From: Prevotella sp.
GTDB taxonomy: Bacteria > Bacteroidota > Bacteroidia > Bacteroidales > Bacteroidaceae
Direction: 5' to 3'
Assembly: GCA_024695705.1 (NCBI GenBank)
Contig: JAILHP010000118.1
Location: forward strand, 1 to 52,942
DNA: 52,942 nt
In this document: positions 29,676-38,763 of the stretch, piece by piece
How the letters are laid out: each line of letters opens with the position of its first letter
How positions within the stretch are numbered: position 1 is the stretch's first letter
Made by a program: the position numbers and the translations under genes
Notes under the pieces: model-generated
Told to the model about the DNA's origin: nothing
The model's input: only the letters and a program-made list of their open reading frames with translations
Databases searched by the model: none

Positions 29676-30653
29676 ATGGCCGTTCTGGATGACAACACCC
29701 TTGTAGCTGGCGTCAACGCGCTGGCCGGAGAGGTTGTACATCGGAGCCTTAACGCTCTCAGTCTCAATGGCCTTGATGCCGGTACCTTCCTCAGGAACAA
29801 CCAGCTCAACCTTTGTCAGCGTGAAGCCGAGACCCTGGAAGCGGAGACCGTTAGGCTGCAGGTATGCAAGCGCTGCTTCGTTAATGGTAGCCTGGAAATG
29901 ATTCTCATCCTTATTAAATTCACCTTGTTCCATCAGCTCAACGAAGTCATCCCAGTTCTGATACTTGAAGATAGGATTGTATTCAGCGGTTACATCCTTT
30001 ACTGAGCAGTAGATGATATCGCCCACTGCAGCCACGTCGAAGTACTTGACATCAACAGTAGAAGAAACATTCCAGCTGTTATAAACAAGCTCACCTTCCC
30101 ACATGGTCAGTCTGCCGCCTGCCTCAGGACGCACGGGAACGTCACCACCGTCAGCAACGAACTCTGCGGCTGAGCCGAAATAGATAGCGTCAACGGTTAC
30201 TTGTGCTTCGCCTTCACCGCCCTGGATGGTCAGCTGCTGCACGTGCTGGGCATATACATCACCAATGCCTACGCCGTCAACCTCAGCGTTACCGTGTACC
30301 ATGATGGTCTTCTTGTCAATCTTGATGCCAACAATACCACTTCCGTCAGGCATAGGTACTGTTGTAGAAGCAAACACAGGACCCCAGGTGGCTTGTGACG
30401 TCCACTCGTCATAGGTAATACCGAAACTGGGTGTTCCAGAAGCGTTTGAGTACAGAATCCATACATAGTCGAACTCCGTCATGTCACGATAAATGTGAAA
30501 GGCACCGCCTTTCCAGCCTGCGCTCATCGTAATGGTAGAACCTTCAATGGAACAGTTGTCCCAAGGCGAGAAGCTGTTTACGGGAATCTCTTCCTTAGCG
30601 TTTGCACTAACGGCCATCAGGGCCACAGCAATTAAAGTAAAAATTTTTTTCAT
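29658..30653 (-). CDS. Secreted hypothetical protein with a Prevotella-type T9SS-like C-terminal domain
   Basis: Signal peptide MKKIFTLIAVALMAVSANA and C-terminal TGIKAI...YNLSGQRV...YKGVVIQNGHKF. Confidence 0.8.
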   Translation of the reverse strand: MKKIFTLIAVALMAVSANAKEEIPVNSFSPWDNCSIEGSTITMSAGWKGGAFHIYRDMTEFDYVWILYSNASGTPSFGITYDEWTSQATWGPVFASTTVPMPDGSGIVGIKIDKKTIMVHGNAEVDGVGIGDVYAQHVQQLTIQGGEGEAQVTVDAIYFGSAAEFVADGGDVPVRPEAGGRLTMWEGELVYNSWNVSSTVDVKYFDVAAVGDIIYCSVKDVTAEYNPIFKYQNWDDFVELMEQGEFNKDENHFQATINEAALAYLQPNGLRFQGLGFTLTKVELVVPEEGTGIKAIETESVKAPMYNLSGQRVDASYKGVVIQNGHKFVNK

Positions 30654-30713
30654 AACGTTTAATTTAGATTAATATAAAATAGATAATTCTCTTTCGTTTT
30701 GGTAATTCGCGTG

Positions 30714-30846
30714 CAAAGGTAATATATTCCGCGAAAAAATGTTTTGCGTATGGCCTCAAAATGTTAATTATTTGTAACATTTAACATAAATGAGGCATAA
30801 AACACGGTAAGAAGATACGTTTTCTTGCGAGTTTTTCCTACATTTG
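30714..30846. promoter_or_regulatory. Divergent promoters with central palindrome
   Basis: TACCTTTG minus 30714-30721, TACATTTG plus 30839-30846, and AAATGTTA-N8-TAACATTT at 30759-30782. Confidence 0.55.
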
Positions 30847-30865
30847 CAAATAAAAACGAAAGACG

Positions 30866-32158
30866 ATGAAAAAGCTGTTATTCCTGATGATGTTGGTGGT
30901 GGTGATGGTTTCCTGCAAACAGGAAAACCAGCAGGCTGCCCAGTTTGTAACCGTAGAGAATGGTCACTTCATGCGCGCAGGCGTACCTTATTATTATGTA
31001 GGTACGAATTTCTGGTATGGTGCCATCCTCGGCTCTGAAGGCCAGGGTGGCGACCGTGAACGCCTTTGCCGTGAGCTGGACGAGATGAAGCGCATGGGCA
31101 TTGACAACCTGCGCATCCTTGTTGGCAGCGATGGCGAGCGGGGCGTGAAGACCAAGGTGGAGCCTACGTTGCAGGTGAGGCCAGGCGAGTATAACGACAC
31201 CATTCTTGCCGGTTTGGACTATCTGCTCATGGAGATGGGCAAGCGCGACATGCTGGCCGTGCTCTATCTGAACAACTCCTGGGAATGGAGTGGGGGCTAC
31301 GGCTTCTATCTGGAGCATGCCGGGCTGGGCAAGCAGCCGCGTCCTGACGAAGCGGGCTATCCTGCCTTCATGGAGGCCATGAGCAAGTATGCCACCAACG
31401 AGAAGGCCCATCAGCTGTTCTATGACTATGTGCGTTTCATCATTGGCCGTACCAACCGTTATACCAACGTGAAGTACGTTGACGATCCAGCCATCATGTC
31501 CTGGCAGATAGGCAACGAGCCGCGTGCCTTCTCCACCGATGCCCTGCCCGCTTTTGAGAAGTGGTTGGCTGAGGCCTCCGCACTCATCCGTTCGCTCGAC
31601 AAGAACCATCTTATCAGCGTTGGCTCCGAGGGCGCCTGGGGCTGTGAGATGAGCTATGACAGCTGGGAGCGCATCTGTGCTGACAAGAATGTTGACTACT
31701 GCAACGTCCACCTCTGGCCTTACAACTGGGGATGGGCAAAGGCCGACTCACTCATTGAGAACCTGCCGCGTGCCTGCGACAATACGAAGGAGTACATTGA
31801 CAAGCACCTCGCCATTTGCGACAAGCTGAATAAGCCGCTGGTGATGGAGGAGTTCGGCTATCCGCGCGACGGTTTCAAGTTTGACGTCGGAACGCCTACC
31901 CAGGGGCGCGACGGCTATTACGGATACGTCTTCTCGCTGGTGGTTGAGAATGCCGAGAAGGGCGGGAAGTTTGCCGGCTGCAACTTCTGGGGATGGGGTG
32001 GTTTTGCCCAGCCGAAACACGAACAATGGCAGGTTGGCGACGACTACACCAACGACCCCGCACAGGAGGCTCAGGGACTGAATAGCGTCTTCGCAAGTGA
32101 CTCCACGACGCTGAAAGTCATCCGTCAACAGGTGGATAGAATGAAAAAAGTCAAATAA
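30866..32158 (+). CDS. GH5 (subfamily 7-like) beta-mannanase/mannosidase, lipoprotein
   Basis: Lipobox VSC, GTNFWYG, NNSWEWSGG, SWQIGNEPR, HLWP and MEEFG. Confidence 0.88.
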   Translation: MKKLLFLMMLVVVMVSCKQENQQAAQFVTVENGHFMRAGVPYYYVGTNFWYGAILGSEGQGGDRERLCRELDEMKRMGIDNLRILVGSDGERGVKTKVEPTLQVRPGEYNDTILAGLDYLLMEMGKRDMLAVLYLNNSWEWSGGYGFYLEHAGLGKQPRPDEAGYPAFMEAMSKYATNEKAHQLFYDYVRFIIGRTNRYTNVKYVDDPAIMSWQIGNEPRAFSTDALPAFEKWLAEASALIRSLDKNHLISVGSEGAWGCEMSYDSWERICADKNVDYCNVHLWPYNWGWAKADSLIENLPRACDNTKEYIDKHLAICDKLNKPLVMEEFGYPRDGFKFDVGTPTQGRDGYYGYVFSLVVENAEKGGKFAGCNFWGWGGFAQPKHEQWQVGDDYTNDPAQEAQGLNSVFASDSTTLKVIRQQVDRMKKVK

Positions 32159-32165
32159 TACAAAC

Positions 32166-32213
32166 ATCCGACAACATAGTATCATGGTTTGTCGGATTTT
32201 TTGTTTATCTTTG
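32166..32213 (+). terminator. Terminator-like hairpin followed by an internal -7 box
   Basis: ATCCGACAA...TTGTCGGAT plus a T-tract, then TATCTTTG at 32206-32213. Confidence 0.6.
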
Positions 32214-32249
32214 CACCATCTTTTAAGACCCAAAACTGTTGATACCAAA

Positions 32250-33536
32250 ATGAGAAGACTAATTACCCTATTATGGACCCTTGTGACGGTGCTTGCTGTC
32301 AGCGCTCAGATTCGCGGTAACAGCATCGCCGTCAGCGTGGTACCTGACCATCAGGACTGGAAGTACGACGTGGGGGAAACGGCTACCTTCAAGGTGTCCG
32401 TCACCCGCAGTAACACACTTATTGACAACGTGACCGTGGACTATGCCGCCGGTCCTGAGATGTATCAGGATGTCAAGAAAACAGGTGTGGTGCTCAAGGA
32501 TGGTACATTAACGCTCAAGGGCAAAATGACAAAGCCCGGTTTCTATCGGGTGGACGTGACGGCCCGCGTTGACGGCAAGGAGTACAAGGGTGCCTGCGGA
32601 GCAGCCTTTTCGCCCGAGCAGCTACAGCCCTCGACGTTGATGCCCCAGGACTTTGCCGCCTTCTGGCAGAACGCCGTCAGCGAAGCCCGCAAGACTCCGT
32701 TGAACCCCACCCGCCGGCTGCTGCCAGAGCGTTGCACGGAGGATGTGAACGTCTATGAGGTGAGTTTCCAGAACATGCACCCCAACTTCCGCACCTACGG
32801 CATCCTCTGCGTGCCTGTGAAGCCCGGCAAGTACCCTGCTATGCTGCGTGTGCCGGGTGCCGGTGTGCGTCCCTATGGCGGCGACGTCTATTCTGCTTCC
32901 CAGGGCGTTATCACGCTGGAAATCGGCATTCACGGCATTCCCGTCACGATGGAGCAGAAGGTCTATGACGACGTCTTCAACGGTGCCCTGATGAACTATT
33001 GGGAGACGGGCATGGACGACCGCGACAAGTCTTATTACAAACGCGTCGTCATAGGTTGCATCCGTGCGAATGACTATATTGAGCAATATACGGAGTGGAA
33101 CGGGCAGGGGCTTGCCGTAACGGGCTCCAGTCAGGGTGGATTCCTCACGCTGGCCACAGCAGCCCTCGACAAGCGCGTCACCTGCTATGCGCCGGTACAT
33201 GCGGCTCTCTGCGACCATACCGCCTCGCTCAAGGGCGTTGCCTGCGGCTGGCCCCACTATTTCTACTGGAACAAGGGAAAGGGTGAGGAGAAGAAGATAG
33301 AAGTCTCCCGCTACTACGACGGCGTGAACTTCGCCCGTCTCATTACGGACAAGCAGAAGGGCTGGTTCTCATTCGGCTATAACGACGACGTGGTGCCTCC
33401 CACCACCGCGTGGGCCACGTACAACACCGTGAAGGGCCCGAAGGAGATTTCCCCCTATCAGGCCACGTGGCACTTCTGGTTCCAGGAGCAGTGGGACGAA
33501 TGGGAGAACTGGCTGCTGAAAACGTTGAAGAATTAA
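32250..33536 (+). CDS. CE7-like acetyl(xylan/mannan) esterase
   Basis: P.DF..FW, GSSQGG nucleophile motif, RYYDGVNFA and GYND.VVPP. Signal peptide from ATG 32250. Confidence 0.85.
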   Translation: MRRLITLLWTLVTVLAVSAQIRGNSIAVSVVPDHQDWKYDVGETATFKVSVTRSNTLIDNVTVDYAAGPEMYQDVKKTGVVLKDGTLTLKGKMTKPGFYRVDVTARVDGKEYKGACGAAFSPEQLQPSTLMPQDFAAFWQNAVSEARKTPLNPTRRLLPERCTEDVNVYEVSFQNMHPNFRTYGILCVPVKPGKYPAMLRVPGAGVRPYGGDVYSASQGVITLEIGIHGIPVTMEQKVYDDVFNGALMNYWETGMDDRDKSYYKRVVIGCIRANDYIEQYTEWNGQGLAVTGSSQGGFLTLATAALDKRVTCYAPVHAALCDHTASLKGVACGWPHYFYWNKGKGEEKKIEVSRYYDGVNFARLITDKQKGWFSFGYNDDVVPPTTAWATYNTVKGPKEISPYQATWHFWFQEQWDEWENWLLKTLKN

Positions 33537-33594
33537 GTCAACTTTGCAAGTCGAGTAAGGAGTTGAGGAGTACTACTTGAAGAATTAAGTCAAC
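33525..33594 (+). repeat. 18-bp direct repeat flanking a 34-bp insert at the esterase stop
   Basis: TTGAAGAATTAAGTCAAC at 33525-33542 and 33577-33594. Confidence 0.85.
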
Positions 33595-33618
33595 AAACGT
33601 TACAAAAAAATACAGAAA

Positions 33619-34755
33619 ATGAAACAGTTTCTATTGTTTATCTTTGGGCTGTCATTGTTTGCAGCACCCTTGAACACGGCAAATGGAGGATGTAGTAAGA
33701 AACCGCAGGAGGAACCCGTTGAAACACAGGTAGAACAGCTGATGAACCGGCTGCATGTGCTGAGGGAGAAAGGCGTCATGTTCGGTCATCAGGACGATCC
33801 GTTCTATGGCCTCACCTGGGCGTACGACAAGGACTCCAGCGACGTGAAGACGGTCTGTGGCGACTATCCTGCCGTCATGGGCTTTGAGCTGGGCGGCATT
33901 GAAATGGGCGACGAGAAGAACCTCGACAGCGTGCCCTTCACCCGCATGCGTGAGGAAATCCAGAACCACTACCGTCGCGGCGGCATCGTGACCATCAGCT
34001 GGCATCCGCGCAACCCCCTGACCACCATTCCCGGTGGCGGCAATGCCGGGCAGAAGTTTCCTGAAGGAACGGCCTGGGACGTGAGCGACACCACCGTTGT
34101 CAAGAGCATCCTGCCTGGCGGCAAGAAGCATGAGGAGTTCCAGAAGTGGATGGAGCGGGTTCACGACTTCCTGGCATCGCTGAAGGATGACCAGCAAGTG
34201 CCTATCCCCGTTATCTTCCGTCCCTGGCATGAGAACACGGGCTCGTGGTTCTGGTGGGGCGAGAAGCTGTGTACTGCCGATGAGTACAGAGCCCTGTGGT
34301 ACATGCTGCAGGATTACCTGAGCTTAGACCTTGATTTGCAGCTCCTGTGGGCCTATTCGCCTGGTATGGCTCCTGACCTGACGGAAGAGAAGTACCTGGA
34401 GCGCTATCCTGGCGACGACCGTGTGCAGCTGGTAGGCATCGACGGCTATCAGTGGGGTACGCGTGAGGACTTCATGAGCCAGCTCGACCAGAACCTCGAC
34501 ATGCTGACCAAGTTTGCTACTCATCATGAGAAGATAGCTGCGCTGACAGAATGCGGCCTGAAGAACCTGACTGAGCCTGACTGGTGGACAACGGCTTTGA
34601 TGCCCATCGTTCACAAGTATCCCATCAGCTATCTGCTGGTGTGGCGTAACTATAAGGAGGAGTGGTTCGGACCATCGCCCTCGAAGCCTGATGCCCCCTT
34701 CTTCGTAGAGTATTATAACGATGATAAGTCATTGTTCCTGAAAGATATACAGTAA
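33619..34755 (+). CDS. manA: GH26 beta-mannanase
   Basis: FGHQDD, GDYPAV.G, ISWH..NP, FRPWHE..GSWFWWG, GIDGY and ALTECG. Confidence 0.9.
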   Translation: MKQFLLFIFGLSLFAAPLNTANGGCSKKPQEEPVETQVEQLMNRLHVLREKGVMFGHQDDPFYGLTWAYDKDSSDVKTVCGDYPAVMGFELGGIEMGDEKNLDSVPFTRMREEIQNHYRRGGIVTISWHPRNPLTTIPGGGNAGQKFPEGTAWDVSDTTVVKSILPGGKKHEEFQKWMERVHDFLASLKDDQQVPIPVIFRPWHENTGSWFWWGEKLCTADEYRALWYMLQDYLSLDLDLQLLWAYSPGMAPDLTEEKYLERYPGDDRVQLVGIDGYQWGTREDFMSQLDQNLDMLTKFATHHEKIAALTECGLKNLTEPDWWTTALMPIVHKYPISYLLVWRNYKEEWFGPSPSKPDAPFFVEYYNDDKSLFLKDIQ

Positions 34756-34764
34756 AAAGAATAT

Positions 34765-35928
34765 ATGAATTTCAAAGAAAAAGTATCGGCCCTGCGAGCC
34801 CATCACGAAGAGCTGCTGAGCCGCAAGAATGAACCCATGGAGTGGGGGAACGGCATCTACGACAAGTGGAAGTTCCCCATTCTGACTGCTGAGCATACGC
34901 CCCTGGAGTGGCGCTATGACTTTTGTGAGCAGGACAATCCCTTCCTCATGCAGCGTATTATGATGAATGCCACGCTGAACTCTGGTGCCCTCAAGTGGCA
35001 GGGCAAGTATCTGTTGGTAGTACGTGTGGAAGGAGCCGACCGCAAGAGTTTCTTCGCTGTGGCAGAGAGTCCCAACGGCGTGGATAACTTCCGTTTCTGG
35101 GACGAGCCCATCACAATGCCCGACGACGTGATACCTGCTACCAACGTCTATGACATGCGCATCACCCAGCATGAGGATGGCTGGATCTATGGCGTGTTCT
35201 GTGCCGAGCGTCACGACGACTCACAGCCTGGCAACCTTAGTGCTGCTACGGCTACGGCTGGCATCGCCCGCACGAAGGACCTGAAGACCTGGGAGCGCCT
35301 GCCCGACCTGAAGACGAAGTCGCAGCAGCGCAACGTGGTGCTGCACCCTGAGTTCGTCAACGGAAAGTACGCTTTCTATACCCGTCCGCAGGATGGCTTC
35401 ATTGATACAGGTTCTGGTGGCGGCATTGGCTGGGCACTCGTCGATGACATCACGAATGCCGAGGTGAAGGACGAGACCATCATCTACGAGCGCAAGTACC
35501 ATACCATTACGGAGGTGAAGAACGGTGAGGGTCCGCACCCCATCAAGACCTCGAAGGGCTGGCTGCACCTGGCTCACGGCGTGCGTGCTACGGCAGACGG
35601 TCTGCGCTATGTGCTCTATATGTACATGACGGCGCTCGAAGATCCCACGCGAGTGATTGCCCGTCCGGGTGGATTCTTCCTCGTGCCTGAGGGCGACGAG
35701 TATCTGGGCGACGTGATGAACGTAGCCTTCGCCAACGGCTGGATTGCCGATGAGGATGGTAAGGTGTTCATCTACTACGCTTCGGCCGATACCCGCATGC
35801 ACGTGGCTACAACGACCATCGACCAGCTCATTGACTACTGCATGAACACGCCCGAGGACGGCTACTACACAGCTGCCAGCGTGGAGACCATCAAGAAGCT
35901 GGTGGCAAAGAACCGCGCCAACAAATGA
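34765..35928 (+). CDS. GH130 4-O-beta-D-mannosyl-D-glucose phosphorylase
   Basis: NATLNSGA, RVEGADRKSFFA, YDMR, QQRNVVLHPE, KNGEGPHP and YYASADTR. Confidence 0.92.
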   Translation: MNFKEKVSALRAHHEELLSRKNEPMEWGNGIYDKWKFPILTAEHTPLEWRYDFCEQDNPFLMQRIMMNATLNSGALKWQGKYLLVVRVEGADRKSFFAVAESPNGVDNFRFWDEPITMPDDVIPATNVYDMRITQHEDGWIYGVFCAERHDDSQPGNLSAATATAGIARTKDLKTWERLPDLKTKSQQRNVVLHPEFVNGKYAFYTRPQDGFIDTGSGGGIGWALVDDITNAEVKDETIIYERKYHTITEVKNGEGPHPIKTSKGWLHLAHGVRATADGLRYVLYMYMTALEDPTRVIARPGGFFLVPEGDEYLGDVMNVAFANGWIADEDGKVFIYYASADTRMHVATTTIDQLIDYCMNTPEDGYYTAASVETIKKLVAKNRANK

Positions 35929-35962
35929 TCGAAATAATGTAATAACGAAATAACGAAAAAAC

Positions 35963-37339
35963 ATGGCTACTTTAAAAGAAAAAATCGGTTATGCGCTTGG
36001 TGATGCCGCAGCGGGTGGTATTACCTGGAAAGTGATGTCTATAGCGTTCCCGCTGTTCTTCACCAACATCTTCGGACTGACCGTTGCAGACACGGCGACG
36101 CTGATGCTCATAGCGCGCATGTTCGACGTGGTGACCGACCCGCTCATGGGTTCTTTGTCAGACCGTACGCAAAGCCGCTGGGGTACCTACAGGCCGTGGC
36201 TCATCTATGGCGCCATCCCCTTCGGACTCATCTTCGCCTTGCTGCTCTATACCCCCGACTTCGGTATGACAGGCAAGCGCATCTGGGCCTATTCGCTCTA
36301 TCTGCTCATGATGGCTGTCTATACGGCTGTGAACGTGCCCTACGGCTCGCTCCTGGGTGTGATGACGGATGACGACAACGAGAAAAACCAGTTCTCCTCG
36401 TTCCGTATGGTAGGTGCCTATGCTATGGGCTTCATCACGCTGCTCTCGTTCCCTTACATCATCGAGATGATTGGTGGTGACAAGATGCCCGACGGCGAAT
36501 ATACCGTTGCTGCCAAGCAGCACCAGTATGCCCTCATCGGTGTGATGTTTGGTGTCTTGGCTGCTGCCGGTACGTTGGCCTGCGGACTGCTTACCAAGGA
36601 GCGTCTGAAGCCTATTCGTGCGGAGAAGTTCTCGTTCAAACCCTTTGCCGACCTGTTCAGGAACAAACCCTGGATTATCCTCACGCTCATCGGCGTCTGC
36701 ATGAATTTCTTTAACGGCTTCCGCTATGCTGTGGCTGGCTATATGTTCGAATACTGCATGCATGGCGACGTGACTGTCAGCGGACTCATCATCAACTATA
36801 CCGTCTTCATGACCTTCGGCGAGGCTACTTGTATGGTCTTCGGAGGCGTGTCGCCCGTCTTCACCAAGAAGGTAGGCTCCAAGCGTATGGCCTTCCTCTG
36901 GGCAGGCGTCATCTGCTTCGTCACGTCTATCATCTATTTCTTCATACCCATGGATCCCGCCTATATCTGGCTGATGATTGCCGTTGTCATCCTGACATCT
37001 ATCGGCATCGGTATCTACTCGCCGCTGTTGTGGTCGATGTATGCTGACGTGGCCGACTATGCTACTGAGAAGAACGGCACCTCTTCAACGGGACTTATCT
37101 TCTCCAGCGGTACGATGGCCATGAAGTTCGGTACGGCCATCTCTGGTTCGCTCGTAGCCCTGCTGTTGGGTATTGCTGGCTTCATGTCGGGTACCGACGA
37201 GGTAACGGGTGAGACTATCATCACCATTACCGATATGGAGTCGGTACGCAGCATGGTGTGGATGCTCTTCTCGCTGTTCCCCGCAGTCATCGTGGTGATT
37301 ATGATGGGATTGCTGTATGTGTATCCTATTAAGAAGTAA
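35963..37339 (+). CDS. GPH-family (MelB-like) sugar:cation symporter, probable mannobiose uptake
   Basis: EKIGYALGD, DVVTDPLMG..SDRT.SRWG.YRPW, NVPYGSL and M.ADVADY. Confidence 0.9.
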   Translation: MATLKEKIGYALGDAAAGGITWKVMSIAFPLFFTNIFGLTVADTATLMLIARMFDVVTDPLMGSLSDRTQSRWGTYRPWLIYGAIPFGLIFALLLYTPDFGMTGKRIWAYSLYLLMMAVYTAVNVPYGSLLGVMTDDDNEKNQFSSFRMVGAYAMGFITLLSFPYIIEMIGGDKMPDGEYTVAAKQHQYALIGVMFGVLAAAGTLACGLLTKERLKPIRAEKFSFKPFADLFRNKPWIILTLIGVCMNFFNGFRYAVAGYMFEYCMHGDVTVSGLIINYTVFMTFGEATCMVFGGVSPVFTKKVGSKRMAFLWAGVICFVTSIIYFFIPMDPAYIWLMIAVVILTSIGIGIYSPLLWSMYADVADYATEKNGTSSTGLIFSSGTMAMKFGTAISGSLVALLLGIAGFMSGTDEVTGETIITITDMESVRSMVWMLFSLFPAVIVVIMMGLLYVYPIKK

Positions 37340-37392
37340 TAGAAAGTTGAAAATTGAAAATTGAAAGTTGAATAACTTTCTGTCGCCATAAC

Positions 37393-38748
37393 ATGAGAAA
37401 AGAAATAGAAATCATGAGACAGGAAATGCAGGATGTGTTACAGAACAACATCCTGCGTTTCTGGCTTGAGCAGATGCTGGACCGCGAGAACGGCGGCTTT
37501 TATGGTCGCATGGACGGGCGGGGCGTGCTGCATCCTGAGGCCGAGAAGGGTGCTATATTGAATGCCCGCATCCTCTGGTCGTTCTCGGCAGCCTATCGCG
37601 TACTCAGCGCCTCTGGTGCCAATAGTGATCTCGGTGCCACTGGCGGAGGACTCAGCGACAAAACCGCTGAGCACACTATTGGGGCTTACCTCGCTGCCGC
37701 CACCCGTGCCAAGGACTACCTCATCGACCACTTCATCGACCCGGAATACGGCGGCGTCTATTGGAGCGTTGATTACAAGGGCCATCCGCTCGACACGAAG
37801 AAGCAGTTCTATGCCATAGGGTTCGCCATCTACGGACTCTCCGAGTATGCCCGTGCCACGGGCGACCGTGAGGCGTTGGAGTATGCCTTGCAGCTTTTCG
37901 ACTGCATCGAGGAGCACGCCTTTGATCCTGAGCACAACGGCTACATAGAGGCTTGTACACGTGACTGGCAGCCCATTGCCGACATGCGCCTGTCGGATCT
38001 AGATGCCAACTATCCCAAGTCGCAGAACACCCATCTTCACATCATTGAGCCCTACACCAACCTGTTGCGTACGCTCCGTGAGCTGCAGGCGCAGCAGACG
38101 TGTGACTATGTGCCTGTGCTGGGCTCTGTGCTGCCTATCGGCATTGCCAGTTCCCAGGACGATCTGATGCGTGTTGAAGCCTCCCTGCGCAACCTTATCG
38201 ACATCTTTCTGGACAAGATTCTCAATCCTGAGACGCACCACCTTGACCTCTTCTTCGAGATGGACTGGACGCGTGGTGCAGGACGGCTGGAAAGTTACGG
38301 CCACGACATAGAGTGCTCGTGGCTCCTGCACGAGACTGCCCTTGTCTTAGGTGACCAGGATGTGCTGCGCAGGGTGGAACCCGTCGTGCTCCAGGTGGCT
38401 AAGGCCAGCGATAAGGGCTTGCGTCCTGACGGTTCCATGATTCACGAGGCCAACCTTACGACAGGCCACGTGGACGATGACTTGCATTGGTGGGTACAGG
38501 CTGAGAATGTGGTTGGCTGGTTCAATATCTACCAGTATTTCGGTAATGAGTCGGCGCTTCAGAAGTCACTTCGCTGCTGGGATTACATCAAGCGACAGCT
38601 CATTGACTTTGAGAACGGAGAATGGTATTGGAGCCGTCGCAGCGATGGCTCGCTGAACCTCGAAGACGACCACGCCGGTTTCTGGAAATGTCCTTACCAC
38701 AACAGTCGTATGTGTCTGGAAATCATAGGAAGAAGCTCCTCCATCTGA
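37393..38748 (+). CDS. Cellobiose/mannobiose 2-epimerase (AGE family)
   Basis: ILNARILWSFS, KSQNTHLH..E, SYGHDIE.SWLL, WWVQAE and WKCPYHNSR. Confidence 0.92.
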   Translation: MRKEIEIMRQEMQDVLQNNILRFWLEQMLDRENGGFYGRMDGRGVLHPEAEKGAILNARILWSFSAAYRVLSASGANSDLGATGGGLSDKTAEHTIGAYLAAATRAKDYLIDHFIDPEYGGVYWSVDYKGHPLDTKKQFYAIGFAIYGLSEYARATGDREALEYALQLFDCIEEHAFDPEHNGYIEACTRDWQPIADMRLSDLDANYPKSQNTHLHIIEPYTNLLRTLRELQAQQTCDYVPVLGSVLPIGIASSQDDLMRVEASLRNLIDIFLDKILNPETHHLDLFFEMDWTRGAGRLESYGHDIECSWLLHETALVLGDQDVLRRVEPVVLQVAKASDKGLRPDGSMIHEANLTTGHVDDDLHWWVQAENVVGWFNIYQYFGNESALQKSLRCWDYIKRQLIDFENGEWYWSRRSDGSLNLEDDHAGFWKCPYHNSRMCLEIIGRSSSI

Positions 38749-38763
38749 GGAACTTCTTCTTTT

